Shown one piece after another: positions 1 to 11,523 of a stretch of 64,000 nucleotides of DNA. The notes beneath the pieces are model-generated. The model did not search any database. It had not been told where the DNA came from and saw nothing but the letters and a program-made list of their open reading frames with translations. The first letter of the stretch is position 1. Every line of letters starts with the position of its first letter. Location of the stretch: assembly GCF_013315695.1 (NCBI RefSeq), contig NZ_CP054353.1. One strand, written 5' to 3'. The position numbers were made by a program, and so were the translations under genes. Origin of the DNA: Escherichia coli. GTDB lineage: Bacteria; Pseudomonadota; Gammaproteobacteria; Enterobacterales; Enterobacteriaceae.

Positions 1-63
1 TATCCCTGCGGCCTGATCCGGGCGCAAATTGCCATTACGGCAGCCTGACGCCCGCATGACATG

Positions 64-171
64 TTACTTCCGCTTGTTCAGCCAGTTCACGATCATACTG
101 GCAAGAATGCCAGCAATGACCGGAGCCGCTAAATCATGCCAGAAGGCCATGCCCAGCTCTGCGAGCGTCAT
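64..171 (-). CDS. ldr: Type I toxin Ldr, 35-aa membrane peptide (copy 1)
   Basis: C-terminal 35 codons of ORF 64..339 read MTLAELGMAFWHDLAAPVIAGILASMIVNWLNKRK, matching the Ldr toxin family of the K-12 LDR loci. Confidence 0.85.
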   Translation of the reverse strand: MTLAELGMAFWHDLAAPVIAGILASMIVNWLNKRK

Positions 172-219
172 ATAGCCGCCTGTGTTGTAATGACAACGTT
201 TCGCGGCTATTATTGAGTT

Positions 220-288
220 GTTTGGGTTCAAGATTAGCCCCCGTGATGTTGTCAGGTGCATACCTGCAACGTGCGGGGGTTTTCTCTC
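220..288 (+). ncRNA. rdl: Putative Rdl antisense RNA (copy 1), antitoxin of the ldr/rdl pair
   Basis: Plus-strand promoter-like hexamers TTGTAA (185-190) and TATTAT (208-213) with 17-bp spacing; GC hairpin 237-279 followed by TTTT at 280-284. Position is inferred; ends not verified. Confidence 0.45.
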
Positions 289-546
289 TCCAGCAACCAA
301 TGCCACCAGGGATAAAGCCCCCGCAACATTGCGCCTCACCGGAACCCTTCCGGCTTGCCGCTGATTCTACGACTGTTTTTCTGTTCCGGAATCCATCACT
401 TCTTCACTCTGTGCTGCGCATTCAGCAGAATATTATCCGCTTGCAACCGTTGCATTTTTCTTACGAAAAAGGCCGCAGAGTTTTATCCCTGCGGCCTGGT
501 CCGGGCGCAAATTGCCATTACCGCAGCCTGACGCCCGTCTGACACG

Positions 547-654
547 TTACTTCCGCTTGTTCAGCCAGTTCACGATCATGCTGGCAAGAATGCCAGCAAT
601 GACCGGAGCCGCTAAATCATGCCAGAAGGCCATGCCCAGCTCTGCGAGCGTCAT
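547..654 (-). CDS. ldr: Type I toxin Ldr (copy 2)
   Basis: Same 35-aa peptide as copy 1, 483 bp downstream. Confidence 0.85.
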   Translation of the reverse strand: MTLAELGMAFWHDLAAPVIAGILASMIVNWLNKRK

Positions 655-702
655 ATAGCCGCCTGTGTTGTAATGACAACGTTTCGCGGCTATTATTGAG
701 TT

Positions 703-771
703 GTTTGGGTTCAAGATTAGCCCCCGTGATGTTGTCAGGTGCATACCTGCAACGTGCGGGGGTTTTCTCTC
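703..771 (+). ncRNA. rdl: Putative Rdl antisense RNA (copy 2)
   Basis: Same promoter/hairpin/T-tract arrangement as copy 1 at +483 bp. Confidence 0.45.
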
Positions 772-1029
772 TCCAGCAACCAATGCCACCAGGGATAAAG
801 CCCCCGCAACATTGCGCCTCACCGGAACCCTTCCGGCTTGCCGCTGATTCTACGACTGTTTTTCTGTTCCGGAATCCATCACTTCTTCACTCTGTGCTGC
901 GCATTCAGCAGAATATTATCCGCTTGCAACCGTTGCATTTTTCTTACGAAAAAGGCCGCAGAGTTTTATCCCTGCGGCCTGGTCCGGGCGCAAATTGCCA
1001 TTACCGCAGCCTGACGCCCGTCTGACACG

Positions 1030-1137
1030 TTACTTCCGCTTGTTCAGCCAGTTCACGATCATGCTGGCAAGAATGCCAGCAATGACCGGAGCCGCTAAAT
1101 CATGCCAGAAGGCCATGCCCAGTTCTGCGAGCGTCAT
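1030..1137 (-). CDS. ldr: Type I toxin Ldr (copy 3)
   Basis: Same 35-aa peptide; the surrounding unit has a few substitutions relative to copies 1-2. Confidence 0.8.
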   Translation of the reverse strand: MTLAELGMAFWHDLAAPVIAGILASMIVNWLNKRK

Positions 1138-1185
1138 ATAGCCGCCTGTGTTGTAATGACAACGTTTCGCGGCTATTCTTGAGTG

Positions 1186-1254
1186 GTCTAGGTTCAAGAT
1201 TAGCCCCCGTGATGTTGTCAGGTGCATACCTGCAACGTGCGGGGGTTTTCTCTC
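1186..1254 (+). ncRNA. rdl: Putative Rdl antisense RNA (copy 3); its -10 region differs (tattct instead of tattat)
   Basis: Positional equivalence with copies 1-2; hairpin plus T-tract retained. Confidence 0.35.
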
Positions 1255-1612
1255 TCCAGCAACCAATGCCACCAGGGATTAAGCCCCCGCAACATTGCGC
1301 CTCACCGGAACCTTTCCGGCTTGCCGCTGATTCTACGATTGCTTTTTACCGTCAGCACCCGGCAATCTTCCTCATTGCGTGATGCATTCCAGCTTAATTT
1401 CTTTATTTGCAATAGTTGCAGTTCATATCCGGGCTGACTCCAGACTGGTAGTGAAATGCGCAATTTTGTAGAATTGCGCCTCCTCGCGACCTCCCCAGTG
1501 AATCTGTTGCCTCATTTTTTACATACTGCGTATTCGACTTCTCCACCTGTTGCGCAAGAGAAACTGGGTTTATTCATTTTTGCGAGGCCGACTTCTTTCT
1601 GGACAGGACTTT

Positions 1613-2884
1613 ATGCAGCACAACACACTACCGAAACACGATCAGAAATTGCCGTTTACACGCTACGACTTCGGCTGGGTTTTATTATGCATAGGCATGG
1701 CGATTGGTGCCGGAACCGTGCTGATGCCAGTACAAATTGGCTTGAAGGGAATTTGGGTATTTATTACCGCAGCGATCATTGCTTATCCTGCCACCTGGGT
1801 AGTGCAGGACATTTATTTAAAAACCCTTTCTGAAAGCGATTCCTGTAATGACTACACCGATATTATCAGTCATTACCTGGGGAAGAACTGGGGAATTTTC
1901 CTCGGGGTTATCTACTTTTTGATGATTATCCACGGGATTTTCATCTACTCTCTCTCCGTGGTTTTCGACAGCGCCTCGTACCTGAAAACCTTCGGTTTAA
2001 CCGATGCCGATCTTTCTCAATCTCTATTTTATAAAGTCGCCATTTTCGCCGTACTGGTGGCAATTGCGTCTGGTGGTGAACGATTACTGTTTAAGATTTC
2101 CGGGCCAATGGTGGTGGTCAAAGTAGGGATTATCGTCGTGTTCGGTTTTGCGATGATCCCGCACTGGAATTTCGCCAATATAACCGCCTTCCCGCAAGCC
2201 TCCGTCTTTTTCCGCGATGTCCTGCTTACCATTCCCTTTTGCTTCTTTTCTGCGGTATTTATTCAGGTACTTAACCCAATGAATATTGCCTATCGTAAAC
2301 GGGAAGCGGATAAAGTACTGGCAACCCGGCTCGCGCTGCGTACCCACCGAATTAGTTATGTCACGCTCATCGCGGTGATCCTGTTTTTTGCCTTTTCGTT
2401 TACCTTCTCAATTAGCCACGAAGAAGCCGTTTCTGCCTTTGAACAAAATATCTCGGCACTGGCACTGGCCGCGCAGGTGATCCCTGGGCATATCATTCAT
2501 ATCACCTCTACGGTGCTGAATATCTTTGCCGTACTGACCGCATTCTTTGGCATTTATCTCGGTTTCCACGAGGCCATTAAAGGCATTATTCTCAATCTGT
2601 TAAGCCGAATTATTGATACCAGGAAAATTAATTCACGCGTGCTGACTCTGGCGATTTGCGCTTTTATCGTCATTACGTTGACGATTTGGGTTTCGTTTCG
2701 TGTATCGGTGCTGGTGTTCTTTCAGTTGGGAAGCCCGTTATATGGCATTGTGTCGTGCCTCATTCCGTTTTTCCTGATCTATAAAGTCGCACAACTGGAA
2801 AAACTTCGCGGATTTAAAGCCTGGCTGATTCTGCTTTACGGCATTTTGCTATGCTTGTCGCCACTGTTGAAGCTGATTGAGTAA
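1613..2884 (+). CDS. yhjV: Inner-membrane amino-acid transporter family protein YhjV (423 aa)
   Basis: ORF 1550..2884; the internal Met at 1613 ([15 protein letters not shown]...) gives the 423-aa length I recall for YhjV; many predicted transmembrane segments. Confidence 0.9.
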   Translation: MQHNTLPKHDQKLPFTRYDFGWVLLCIGMAIGAGTVLMPVQIGLKGIWVFITAAIIAYPATWVVQDIYLKTLSESDSCNDYTDIISHYLGKNWGIFLGVIYFLMIIHGIFIYSLSVVFDSASYLKTFGLTDADLSQSLFYKVAIFAVLVAIASGGERLLFKISGPMVVVKVGIIVVFGFAMIPHWNFANITAFPQASVFFRDVLLTIPFCFFSAVFIQVLNPMNIAYRKREADKVLATRLALRTHRISYVTLIAVILFFAFSFTFSISHEEAVSAFEQNISALALAAQVIPGHIIHITSTVLNIFAVLTAFFGIYLGFHEAIKGIILNLLSRIIDTRKINSRVLTLAICAFIVITLTIWVSFRVSVLVFFQLGSPLYGIVSCLIPFFLIYKVAQLEKLRGFKAWLILLYGILLCLSPLLKLIE

Positions 2885-2913
2885 ACCGGAGCGCACGGCC
2901 CCGGTTTTGTGAG

Positions 2914-3918
2914 TTAACGCTGCGGATTTTCATCCTGATCAACAGCAAAACAAGCTACCAGTTGACCGCCGTAGTCTTTTAGCTGCGGCTGCAACTGGGT
3001 GCAGGGGCCGAAGCGCCGACGACAGCGGGCGTTGAAGGCACAGCCTGGCGGTGGATTGAGCGGGCTTGGCAGTTCACCGGTGAGCTTGATGCGCTCGCGG
3101 CGATCGTCCGGGTTCAGGCGCGGCGTCGCGGAGAGTAGCGCCTGAGTGTACGGATGACGCGGGTTATTGAAGATTTGGTCCTTCGTTCCCTTCTCCACGC
3201 AGCGGCCCAGGTACATCACCATCACTTCATCGGCAATGTGCTCCACAACCGACAGGTCGTGGGAGATAAAGACATAAGAAAGCCCCAACTCCTGCTGCAA
3301 ATCCATCATCAGGTTGAGCACCTGCGCACGCACTGAGACGTCCAGCGCAGAAACCGGCTCATCGGCAATCACCACATCCGGGTCGAGCATCAGACCTCGG
3401 GCAATGGCGATACGCTGACGCTGACCGCCGGAGAACATGTGCGGATAGCGGTCGTAATGCTCGGTTTTCAGGCCGACTTTCGCCATCATCGACAGGGCTT
3501 TTTCCCGACGCTGATCTTTGCTTAAGCTGGTATTAATAAGCAGCGGCTCTTCAAGAATTTGCCCAACTTTTTTACGCGGATTTAGCGAACCATAGGGATT
3601 CTGAAAGACGATCTGGATTTTCTGCCGACGCAACTTCTGCGCCTGCGGATCGTGCTTGAGCAGATCCTGCCCCTGGTAATACAGCTCACCACCGGTGGGC
3701 GTTTCGATCATCGTAAGCAACCGACCGAGGGTCGATTTACCGCAGCCGGATTCACCTACTACCGCCAGCGTTTTGCCACGTTCAAGGTTAAACGAAACGC
3801 CATCCAGCGCCTTCACCAGACGTTCCGGCGCGAACATGCCTTTCTTCACCGGATAATGTTTTTTCAGGTCGATAGCCTGCAACAGCGGTTGTTGCGAGGT
3901 GGCCTCATGCGTACTCAT
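2914..3918 (-). CDS. dppF: Dipeptide ABC transporter ATP-binding protein DppF
   Basis: 334 aa with Walker [13 protein letters not shown] signature and C-terminal oligopeptide-transporter domain; last gene of the dppABCDF order. Confidence 0.95.
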   Translation of the reverse strand: MSTHEATSQQPLLQAIDLKKHYPVKKGMFAPERLVKALDGVSFNLERGKTLAVVGESGCGKSTLGRLLTMIETPTGGELYYQGQDLLKHDPQAQKLRRQKIQIVFQNPYGSLNPRKKVGQILEEPLLINTSLSKDQRREKALSMMAKVGLKTEHYDRYPHMFSGGQRQRIAIARGLMLDPDVVIADEPVSALDVSVRAQVLNLMMDLQQELGLSYVFISHDLSVVEHIADEVMVMYLGRCVEKGTKDQIFNNPRHPYTQALLSATPRLNPDDRRERIKLTGELPSPLNPPPGCAFNARCRRRFGPCTQLQPQLKDYGGQLVACFAVDQDENPQR

Positions 3919-4898
3919 AGTGTCGGCCTCCCGGCATCATCAAGTGGGTAATGGCATTTGGACTGACGCCCGTCAGCGAGCATATTCAGCGCCGGTTCTT
4001 CAGCGCGGCATTTGTCAGTGGCGTAGGGGCAGCGCGGGTTAAGCAGGCAGCCGTTCGGACGGTCGTACTTGCCGGGAACAACACCTGGCAACGACGCCAG
4101 ACGTTCTTTATCCTGAGCAAATTCCGGCAGCGCACGCAGCAATGCCTGAGTATACGGGTGACGCGGCGCATGGAAGATGGCGTGCGCATCGCCCGTTTCC
4201 ACCACCTGACCTGCATACATCACGATGATTTTATGTGCCGCTTCCGCCACCAGCGCCAGGTCATGGGTAATTAACACCAGCGCCATGTTCTCTTTCTGCT
4301 GTAGCTCCAGCAGCAGTTCGATAATTTGCGCCTGAATGGTCACGTCCAGCGCAGTGGTTGGTTCATCGGCAATCAGCAGCTTTGGCCGACAGGCAATCGC
4401 CATGGCGATCATCACGCGCTGGCTCATGCCGCCGGAAAGCTGATGCGGGTAAACATCCAGACGCGATGCCGGATCGGGAATACCGACCAGATTCAGCAGG
4501 TCAATCGCTCGCTGACGGCGGGTACTTTTGTTGCCGCCCTGATGCACCTTAATCGCTTCCATAATCTGGAAACCCACGGTGTAGCACGGGTTGAGGCTGG
4601 TCATCGGGTCCTGGAAGATCATCGCCACTTCGGCACCCACCAGGTTGCGGCGCTCTTTTTCCGAGATACGCTGCAAATCCTGACCGTTAAACTCCAGCTT
4701 TTCCGCCATCACGCGGCCCGGATAATCAATCAGCCCCATAATCGCCAGTGAACTGACCGACTTACCAGAGCCGGACTCACCCACAATCCCGACCACTTCG
4801 CCCTGTTTTACGCTGTAGCTGATGCGGTCTACGGCGCGGAACGGTGCGCTTTCGTCGCCGAAATGCACCGATAATTTATCTATATTTAATAACGCCAT
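3915..4898 (-). CDS. dppD: Dipeptide ABC transporter ATP-binding protein DppD
   Basis: 327 aa, Walker A GESGSGKS; 4-bp overlap with dppF. Confidence 0.95.
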   Translation of the reverse strand: MALLNIDKLSVHFGDESAPFRAVDRISYSVKQGEVVGIVGESGSGKSVSSLAIMGLIDYPGRVMAEKLEFNGQDLQRISEKERRNLVGAEVAMIFQDPMTSLNPCYTVGFQIMEAIKVHQGGNKSTRRQRAIDLLNLVGIPDPASRLDVYPHQLSGGMSQRVMIAMAIACRPKLLIADEPTTALDVTIQAQIIELLLELQQKENMALVLITHDLALVAEAAHKIIVMYAGQVVETGDAHAIFHAPRHPYTQALLRALPEFAQDKERLASLPGVVPGKYDRPNGCLLNPRCPYATDKCRAEEPALNMLADGRQSKCHYPLDDAGRPTL

Positions 4899-4908
4899 CT
4901 CGAACCTC

Positions 4909-5811
4909 TTACTGCTTCAGTTTGGGATCGAGCGCGTCACGCAGACCGTCACCCATCAGGTTAAATGCCAGCACCGTCAGCAGGATCGCCAGACCCGGGA
5001 AGGTCACGACCCACCAGGCGCTTTGCGCGAACTGCAACACGTCAGAGAGCATGGTGCCCCACTCCGGCGTTGGCGGCTGCGCCCCCATGCCGAGGAAGCC
5101 AAGGGCGGCCATATCGAGAATAGCGTTAGAGAAACCGAGCGACGCCTGAACAATCAGCGGCGCAAGGCAGTTCGGGAAGATGTTAATAAACATCTGGCGC
5201 ATTGCCCCGGCACCCGCCACGCGAGACGCGGTGACGTAATCGCGGTTAACTTCCACCAGCACGGCGGCGCGGGTTAAGCGCACATAATGCGGCAGCGCAA
5301 CGAAGGTTAGCGCCAGCGCGGCGTTACCAATCGACGGGCCGAAAATCGCCACCAGCACCAGTGCCAGCAGTAGACTTGGCAGCGCCAGCATGATATCGAC
5401 CACGCGCATGATGATGTTATCGACCAGACCGCCAAAGTAACCAGCGATCAGGCCGAGAATAACGCCCATAATCAGCGATAACACCACTACCAGACAGCCA
5501 ACCAGCAGCGACAAGCGCGCGCCGTACATCAGCCGCGACAGCACATCACGCCCCACGTCATCAGTGCCCAGCAAGTGCGCCATGCTGCCGCCTTCCTGCC
5601 AGGCTGGCGGGGCGAGCAGTGCATCGCGGAACTGTTCCGCTGGGTTATAGGGTGCAATCCAGTTGGCAAAGATCGCGATAAACAGCACGATGACGACGTA
5701 AACCAGCCCGACAACCGCGCCTTTGTTGCGTTTAAAATAGTGCCAGAACTCCTGTAACGGGGTCATCGGCACCGGTGCGCTAATCACTTTATTTTCAGTA
5801 ACCTGTGACAT
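4909..5811 (-). CDS. dppC: Dipeptide ABC transporter permease DppC
   Basis: 300-aa polytopic permease in operon position. Confidence 0.95.
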   Translation of the reverse strand: MSQVTENKVISAPVPMTPLQEFWHYFKRNKGAVVGLVYVVIVLFIAIFANWIAPYNPAEQFRDALLAPPAWQEGGSMAHLLGTDDVGRDVLSRLMYGARLSLLVGCLVVVLSLIMGVILGLIAGYFGGLVDNIIMRVVDIMLALPSLLLALVLVAIFGPSIGNAALALTFVALPHYVRLTRAAVLVEVNRDYVTASRVAGAGAMRQMFINIFPNCLAPLIVQASLGFSNAILDMAALGFLGMGAQPPTPEWGTMLSDVLQFAQSAWWVVTFPGLAILLTVLAFNLMGDGLRDALDPKLKQ

Positions 5812-5820
5812 GATGTCCCC

Positions 5821-6840
5821 TTACTTCTTATGACGAATACGCGGGTTCACCACGCCGTACAGCAAATCGACCAGCAGGTTGACGAGGATAATCATCGTCG
5901 CCACCAGCAATACGCCGCCCTGCACTACCGGATAATCGCGGCGTTGCAGTGCGTCAATCAACCAGCGCCCCAGACCGGGCCACGAGAAGATGGTTTCAGT
6001 CAGAATCGCCCCCGCCAGCAATGTTCCCACCTGCAGGCCGATAACGGTCACCACCGGCAGCATCGCGTTACGCAGCGCATGGACGATAATCACCCGCATC
6101 CGGGTAAGACCTTTGGCACGCGCGGTGCGGATATAATCTTCGCCCAGCACTTCCAGCATCGAGGAGCGCGTCATACGCACAATGACCGCCAGCGGGATGG
6201 TACCCAGCACAATGGCGGGTAGGATCATATGGGCGACGGCATCGATAAAGTTACCGTCTTCACCCCAGATGGCGGTGTCGATCAGCATAAAACCGGTTAA
6301 CGGATTGGAATCATCGAGGAACACCATGTCGCTCACACGACCGGAGACAGGCGTCAGGTTCCAGTGCACCGAAACCAGCATGATCAGCATCATGCCCCAC
6401 CAGAAAATTGGCATCGAGTAGCCGGTCAGCGCCAGGCCAACCGCTGTGTGATCGAAAATGGAACCACGTTTAACCGCAGCCAGCACACCAACCGGAATAC
6501 CGACTGCCGTCGCAAAAATCATCGCGCAGACGCCAAGTTCCAGCGTGGCCTGAAAGCGCGGCACGAACTCTTCCCATACCGGAATTCGGCTTTTCATGGA
6601 AATGCCTAAATCACCGTGCATTACGCCCCAAATGTAATGGAGATACTGCTGCCACATCGGTTTATCTAAGCCGAGTTCAGCCAGCAATTGTGCGTGACGC
6701 TCTGGGGAGATCCCACGCTCGCCCGCCATGATCATCACCGGATCGCCCGGGATCATGTGGACAAAGGCAAATGTGAGAAGGGTAATACCGATAAACGTGG
6801 GGATGACGAGTCCCAAACGTCGGAGAATAAACTGCAACAT
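5821..6840 (-). CDS. dppB: Dipeptide ABC transporter permease DppB
   Basis: 339-aa permease in operon position. Confidence 0.95.
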   Translation of the reverse strand: MLQFILRRLGLVIPTFIGITLLTFAFVHMIPGDPVMIMAGERGISPERHAQLLAELGLDKPMWQQYLHYIWGVMHGDLGISMKSRIPVWEEFVPRFQATLELGVCAMIFATAVGIPVGVLAAVKRGSIFDHTAVGLALTGYSMPIFWWGMMLIMLVSVHWNLTPVSGRVSDMVFLDDSNPLTGFMLIDTAIWGEDGNFIDAVAHMILPAIVLGTIPLAVIVRMTRSSMLEVLGEDYIRTARAKGLTRMRVIIVHALRNAMLPVVTVIGLQVGTLLAGAILTETIFSWPGLGRWLIDALQRRDYPVVQGGVLLVATMIILVNLLVDLLYGVVNPRIRHKK

Positions 6841-6899
6841 AACCCGGATTCTCTATAATGACCCGCAGCCTGGAACTGCGTGTCTGTATTGCTCACAAA

Positions 6900-6985
6900 T
6901 CAATTCCCGCCCTTGTGGGACAGGGAATGAAGTATTGCTGCCGGATGGCGCTGCACGCAGAGGCACAGCGCCACCGGGTATGGCT
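6900..6985. repeat. REP-like palindromic element in the dppA-dppB intergenic region
   Basis: GCCGGATGGCGCTGCACGC... REP-type GC-rich palindrome immediately 3' of dppA. Confidence 0.6.
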
Positions 6986-6990
6986 TTTAA

Positions 6991-8598
6991 TTATTCGATA
7001 GAGACATTTTCGAAGTGATGTTTGCCTAATGGATCAACCACATAGCCTTTAACTTCTTTGCGTACCGGTTCAAACACGGTGGAGTGAGCGATGATCAGTG
7101 CCGGAGCCTGATCGTGCATCACGACCTGTGCTTGTTTGTACAGTTCAACACGTTTATTGTGGTCGTCGGTAGCACGCGCCGGTTGAATCAGATCTTCAAA
7201 CGGTTTGTAGCACCATTTTGAGTAGTTGGAGCCTTGTTCAGAGGCGGCGCAGCTGAACAGGGTGGCGAAGAAGTTATCCGGATCCCCGTTATCGCCAGTC
7301 CAGCCCATCATTACCGTCTGATGCTCGCCATCTTTCGCACGCTTGAGGTACTCACCCCATTCGTAGGTGACGATTTTGGCCTGCACGCCGACTTTCGCCC
7401 AGTCTGCCTGAATCATCTCCGCCATGCGGCGAGCGTTCGGGTTATACGGACGTTGTACCGGCATTGCCCACAAGTCGATGGAGAAACCTTTTTCCAGACC
7501 CGCTTCTTTCAGCAAGGCTTTCGCTTTTTCAGGATCGTAAGTGTAGTCCTGAACATCGTCGTTATAGCCCCACATGGTTGGCGGGATCAGGTTTTTCGCT
7601 GATACGCCCGCGCCCTGATAAACCGCTTTGATGATCGCGTCTTTGTTCACCGCGTAGGTCAGAGCCTGGCGAACTTTCACGTCATCGAGTGGTTTTTTCT
7701 GCACGTTATACGAGAGATAACCGACGTTCAGCCCCGGCATTTCCATCAGGTTGATGGATTTATCCTGCTTCATGCGGGCGATATCTGCCGGGTTCGGGTA
7801 CGGCATCACCTGGCATTCGTTCTTCTGCAATTTCGCATAACGCACGGAAGCGTCAGGAGTAATAGAGAAGACCAGCGTATCGATCTTCGGTTTGGTGCCC
7901 CAGTAGCCATCAAACGCTTTATAGCGAATACGGGAATCTTTCTGGTACTGCTGTAACTGGAACGGGCCGGTACCGATTGGGTTGAGGTCCAGTTTTTCCG
8001 GTGTACCGGCTTTCATCATCGCGTCAGCATATTCTTTTGACAGAATAGAGGCGAAGTCCATTGCCAGGTCAGCAAGGAACGGCGCTTCCGGGCGAGTCAG
8101 CACGAACTGAACGGTGTTATCGTCCACCTTTTTCACTTCGCTGATCAGCTCCGGTAAGCCCATGCCTTCGAAGTATTCGTAGCTGCCGCCAGAAACTTTA
8201 TGGTACGGGTTTTGCGCGTTTTTCTGACGATCGAACGAGAACACTACATCATCGGCATTCAGTTCGCGCGTCGGTTTGAATTCTTTATTGTCGTGCCACT
8301 TCACACCTTTACGCAGATGGAAGGTATAGGTTTTACCGTCTTCGCTGACTTCCCACTTTTCAGCGAGGCCCGGAATCACTTCAGTGGTGCCGATTTTAAA
8401 TTCAACCAGGCGGTTATAAAGCGGTACGGAAGAGGCGTCATAGGTGGTGCCGGAGGTAAACAGCTGCGGGTTAAACCCTTCCGGAGATCCTTCTGAGCAA
8501 TAAACCAGAGTTTTAGCCTGAACACTTGCTGCGACGGTCATAGCCACCAGGCTGAGACCAAGCTTCAGCATCCCTGACTTTTTCAAGGAAATACGCAT
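6991..8598 (-). CDS. dppA: Periplasmic dipeptide-binding protein DppA
   Basis: 535 aa with N-terminal signal peptide; family 5 solute-binding protein at the head of the dpp operon. Confidence 0.95.
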   Translation of the reverse strand: MRISLKKSGMLKLGLSLVAMTVAASVQAKTLVYCSEGSPEGFNPQLFTSGTTYDASSVPLYNRLVEFKIGTTEVIPGLAEKWEVSEDGKTYTFHLRKGVKWHDNKEFKPTRELNADDVVFSFDRQKNAQNPYHKVSGGSYEYFEGMGLPELISEVKKVDDNTVQFVLTRPEAPFLADLAMDFASILSKEYADAMMKAGTPEKLDLNPIGTGPFQLQQYQKDSRIRYKAFDGYWGTKPKIDTLVFSITPDASVRYAKLQKNECQVMPYPNPADIARMKQDKSINLMEMPGLNVGYLSYNVQKKPLDDVKVRQALTYAVNKDAIIKAVYQGAGVSAKNLIPPTMWGYNDDVQDYTYDPEKAKALLKEAGLEKGFSIDLWAMPVQRPYNPNARRMAEMIQADWAKVGVQAKIVTYEWGEYLKRAKDGEHQTVMMGWTGDNGDPDNFFATLFSCAASEQGSNYSKWCYKPFEDLIQPARATDDHNKRVELYKQAQVVMHDQAPALIIAHSTVFEPVRKEVKGYVVDPLGKHHFENVSIE

Positions 8599-8601
8599 TA
8601 T

Positions 8602-8632
8602 TCTGCTCCAATTGTGATGTTTGTTGTTTTAA
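8602..8632 (-). promoter_or_regulatory. dppA 5' leader CA-rich segment, probable GcvB sRNA pairing site overlapping the ribosome-binding site
   Basis: mRNA-sense sequence AAACAACAAACAUCACAAUUGGAGCAG directly upstream of the dppA AUG; GcvB repression of dppA is established knowledge. Confidence 0.55.
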
Positions 8633-9169
8633 CCCTTTGCAGTGGGTTGTCGCTGCCTGACCTTTTTTGTTTTTTGCCCGGTCGGGTCAACGTTATGAGG
8701 TGGGGATGCCGTACTAATTAACATCAGTGTAACAGTGCGGATCCTCCATAAAATGCCCCTCGTGACCTACAATCTGTCAACAGAATGTGAAAACGTCAAT
8801 ACAGCCAACCGGGATTTACACCAACGGTGAGAATCCACAAACAAAGATTAAAAAAACTTCAAACAGCTATTTGCAGCAGAGAAATTTGTGCTACGCCAAC
8901 ACAACCAGAACAATCAGCTTAATATTTAGCAACATTTGGTGATTAAGTTTTATGCATTTAATGAAAAAATCTGAGGTAAAGGTGGATATCTGAGCGATTA
9001 ATACCATGAACGCTAAAACGCACAGCGGAAAATGCCAGCGCCAGCCATAAGTAACGCAAAAAAAGATTTAAGCAAATATAAAAAAAGACAATGGTTTCTG
9101 TCACAAATCCGTTAATGGATAGTGAGATATGGGGCGCAAATTTGGCAGGGAAATGTGTGGTGTGTAGAT

Positions 9170-9270
9170 CGGATAAGGCGGTCGCGCCGCATCCGACAAT
9201 GGGCCGGTACATTTGCCTGATGCGACGCTGGCGCGTCTTATCAGGCCTACGTCGAATCGAACCTCCCCGC
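9170..9270. repeat. REP/BIME-type palindromic repeats
   Basis: Inverted pair of REP-like sequences (cggataaggcggtcgcgccgcatccgac / gcctgatgcgacgctggcgcgtcttatcaggcctac). Confidence 0.7.
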
Positions 9271-9305
9271 CCCCGGGGGTTCTCTTCCTCATGAGCTACA
9301 GATGC

Positions 9306-9331
9306 AAAAAAGCCTGCTCGTTGAGCAGGCT
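9306..9331 (-). terminator. Rho-independent terminator downstream of proK
   Basis: Perfect hairpin agcctgctc-N4-gagcaggct followed on the minus strand by a run of U. Confidence 0.8.
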
Positions 9332-9340
9332 TTTCGAATT

Positions 9341-9417
<77 letters not shown>

Positions 9418-9508
9418 AATGCGGGGCGCATCTTACTGCGCAGATACGCCCTCGTCAATCCCTTAATAGCAAAATGCCTTTTGATCGGCGAGAAAGTCAG
9501 CAGGCTTC

Positions 9509-11200
9509 TTAGTTAGCCGCTGCCTCTTTTGCCTGCGGGATGTGGCACCAGTTGTTGTTTTCGTTAATTCCACCATCCGGTGAAGTATAGCCAAGACACC
9601 CCATGATGGTGTCGTACAGCTCTACATGACGGCGTGGCACTTTCATGTCGGCTTCTTTTTTCAGCTGCGCAAATGCCTGCGCATTGACCGGATTTTCCAG
9701 ATATTTATCCGACATCCAGACCATCATCGGCACACGGAACTGTTCCGGCGGTGCCAGTTCACGCGGCGTGCCGTGCAGGTGCTCGCGTTCATTAATTGAC
9801 TCACCGTGGTCAGCTGCATAGAACACAATCGCTTTCTTATTGCGAACCTGATCAATCACGCTGGAAATAAAGTGATCCACATAGGTCACCGAGTTGTCGT
9901 ATGAGTTGATCATCTGCGCTTTGGTACAGCCGCTATCAACACCAATACATTCCGGCTTCCACTGCGCAAAGCTGCGCGGGTAACGCTGGGTGTAGTTAAA
10001 GTGTGAGCCTTTGGTATGCAGAATGATCAGATGCTTACCATCCGGGTTGCGCCCCAGCGACTGCTGCATTTCGTCTACCAGCAACATATCATCTACCGGT
10101 TTGCCACGGTTACGTGGCTCCGCACCAATCTGCTCACGATAAGCAATGTTGTCCGCCATCGTATTGCTGTAGAACCACATTTCGCTTTGCATAGCGTAGA
10201 GATCAGAACTGAATCCTAACTGCTTCAATACCGCGAAAATGTTCTGTTCTTTTAATGTGCGCTGCGGATTATCTTCTGCTCCACCCTGACGTACAAACAT
10301 GCAACGCAGTGAGAGTTTGGTTGCAGTATCACAGGAGTAACCACGGAACGCCGCCAGATTTTTCTCCTGAGCCAGTTTCGGTGTGGTATTGCGTTCATAG
10401 CCGAAAATGCCCATATGATCCCAGCGCGTGGTTTCACCAATAATGAAAACGACATATGTATCATCAACGTTTTGTGGAGCCTGGTACGTAAACTTCTTCG
10501 CAGGGTTAAGGAGAGAATTGTTATCGGAAGATTCATCGACCCGCGCCCAGGCATAAAGACCTAATGCCGAAAGCCAGTTTGATGGCAGATAAGAGTTCGC
10601 GACGACGCCGCCATAACTCGGCAAATCAACACCTGTCGCCCTCTCCACTTTCTTCTGCTGGATATCCAGCAAACGAATCGGTGCCCAAACCATAATACCT
10701 GCCAGTACGACGACCGCCAGGCTGCGAATACGCTGCCCTGGGGTTCGCAGTTGTCGGAGCAAGGTGTAACGACAGCGGTTATTCCAGATAAGGATAAGAG
10801 GCAACGCGCTTACGGCGATTAACCAGAGAATAAAGTTCAGACCAACAACTTCTTTTGACAGGTCGATATCGGTGGTCATGACGGATGCGATGATGCCATA
10901 ACCAATGACTACATTAAGGAAGGTCATGTAATAGCTGGCACCGGCGGAAAAGAGCACCACCAGCGATGCCAGAATACGCCAGCTGCGGCGGCCAAACAGC
11001 GAAAGAAGACGCAGTAAAAAGAAGGTCACCAGTACGGTGGCGGCCAGTTCAACAACAGCAGAAATACCTTTCCAGACGGTAAAATCGTGCGCATAGCTGC
11101 CGAAGCGGCGGTAAAAAACCGCGCCATTCATAAAAAGGCCAATATAGATTGCAAGCAAAAAGCTCAGCTTCTGCTGTGTAATCGATTTGATGTATCTCAT
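9509..11200 (-). CDS. eptB: Kdo2-lipid A phosphoethanolamine transferase EptB
   Basis: ORF 9509..11233; Met at [10 protein letters not shown] gives 563 aa; N-terminal membrane segments plus sulfatase-type catalytic domain. Confidence 0.9.
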   Translation of the reverse strand: MRYIKSITQQKLSFLLAIYIGLFMNGAVFYRRFGSYAHDFTVWKGISAVVELAATVLVTFFLLRLLSLFGRRSWRILASLVVLFSAGASYYMTFLNVVIGYGIIASVMTTDIDLSKEVVGLNFILWLIAVSALPLILIWNNRCRYTLLRQLRTPGQRIRSLAVVVLAGIMVWAPIRLLDIQQKKVERATGVDLPSYGGVVANSYLPSNWLSALGLYAWARVDESSDNNSLLNPAKKFTYQAPQNVDDTYVVFIIGETTRWDHMGIFGYERNTTPKLAQEKNLAAFRGYSCDTATKLSLRCMFVRQGGAEDNPQRTLKEQNIFAVLKQLGFSSDLYAMQSEMWFYSNTMADNIAYREQIGAEPRNRGKPVDDMLLVDEMQQSLGRNPDGKHLIILHTKGSHFNYTQRYPRSFAQWKPECIGVDSGCTKAQMINSYDNSVTYVDHFISSVIDQVRNKKAIVFYAADHGESINEREHLHGTPRELAPPEQFRVPMMVWMSDKYLENPVNAQAFAQLKKEADMKVPRRHVELYDTIMGCLGYTSPDGGINENNNWCHIPQAKEAAAN

Positions 11201-11523
11201 GCAAACAAACCCTGGACAAACAGGTGATAACACCCTGCTTAGCGGCTTTTCAGGCCCGGCAGGGGAAAAGTGCGGAGGTAGTCAGATAAGTAAAATCTAC
11301 ACGCGCGAATAAGTAGACCACAGCAAAGGGAAAAAGTGTGGGGAAAGAGTGTGCATGAAGCACAAATTTACAAAAATGCAAGTTTGAAAAGAGACTTTAG
11401 CGTTACAAAAAGCAGTAAAAAGGGCCAGTTAACTGGCCCAAATTTTACGCGTCATTGTTTATACATTGCGTTGAAGCGTTTGATTCACACTAAGGCTAAA
11501 GCCCAGTAGCTCGCGGCAGATGA

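Larger units (their letters stand above)
1..1340. repeat. Tandem array of long direct repeats (LDR), period about 483 bp: copy 1 at 1-483, copy 2 at 484-966, copy 3 at 967 to about 1340 where it diverges into unique sequence. Array is cut by the window start, so more copies may lie upstream.
   Basis: Near-identical sequence at a 483-bp offset, with a handful of substitutions between copies; each copy holds an ldr ORF and a plus-strand hairpin with T-tract. Confidence 0.9.

Noticed and set aside
64-339. 91-aa extended ORF containing Ldr
   Set aside because: Only the C-terminal 35 codons correspond to the known Ldr peptide; the N-terminal extension has no support.
213-542. 109-aa ORF on the plus strand, repeated at 696..1025 and in part at 1179..1382
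   Set aside because: It overlaps the predicted rdl RNA and spans the repeat-unit junction. Its recurrence is a by-product of the repeat, and the protein is low-complexity with no start context.
1-1440. Possible CRISPR array suggested by the tandem repeats at the window start
   Set aside because: Repeat period is about 483 bp with protein-coding and sRNA-like content in each unit; there are no short 28-37 bp repeats separated by unique spacers and no cas genes nearby.
2885-2913. Terminator between convergent yhjV and dppF
   Set aside because: Only a weak, imperfect stem (aaccgg...ccggtt) without a clear U-tract; not confident enough to call.
4326-4751. 141-aa ORF antisense to dppD
   Set aside because: Antisense to a conserved ABC ATPase gene; Arg/His-rich composition typical of a spurious frame.
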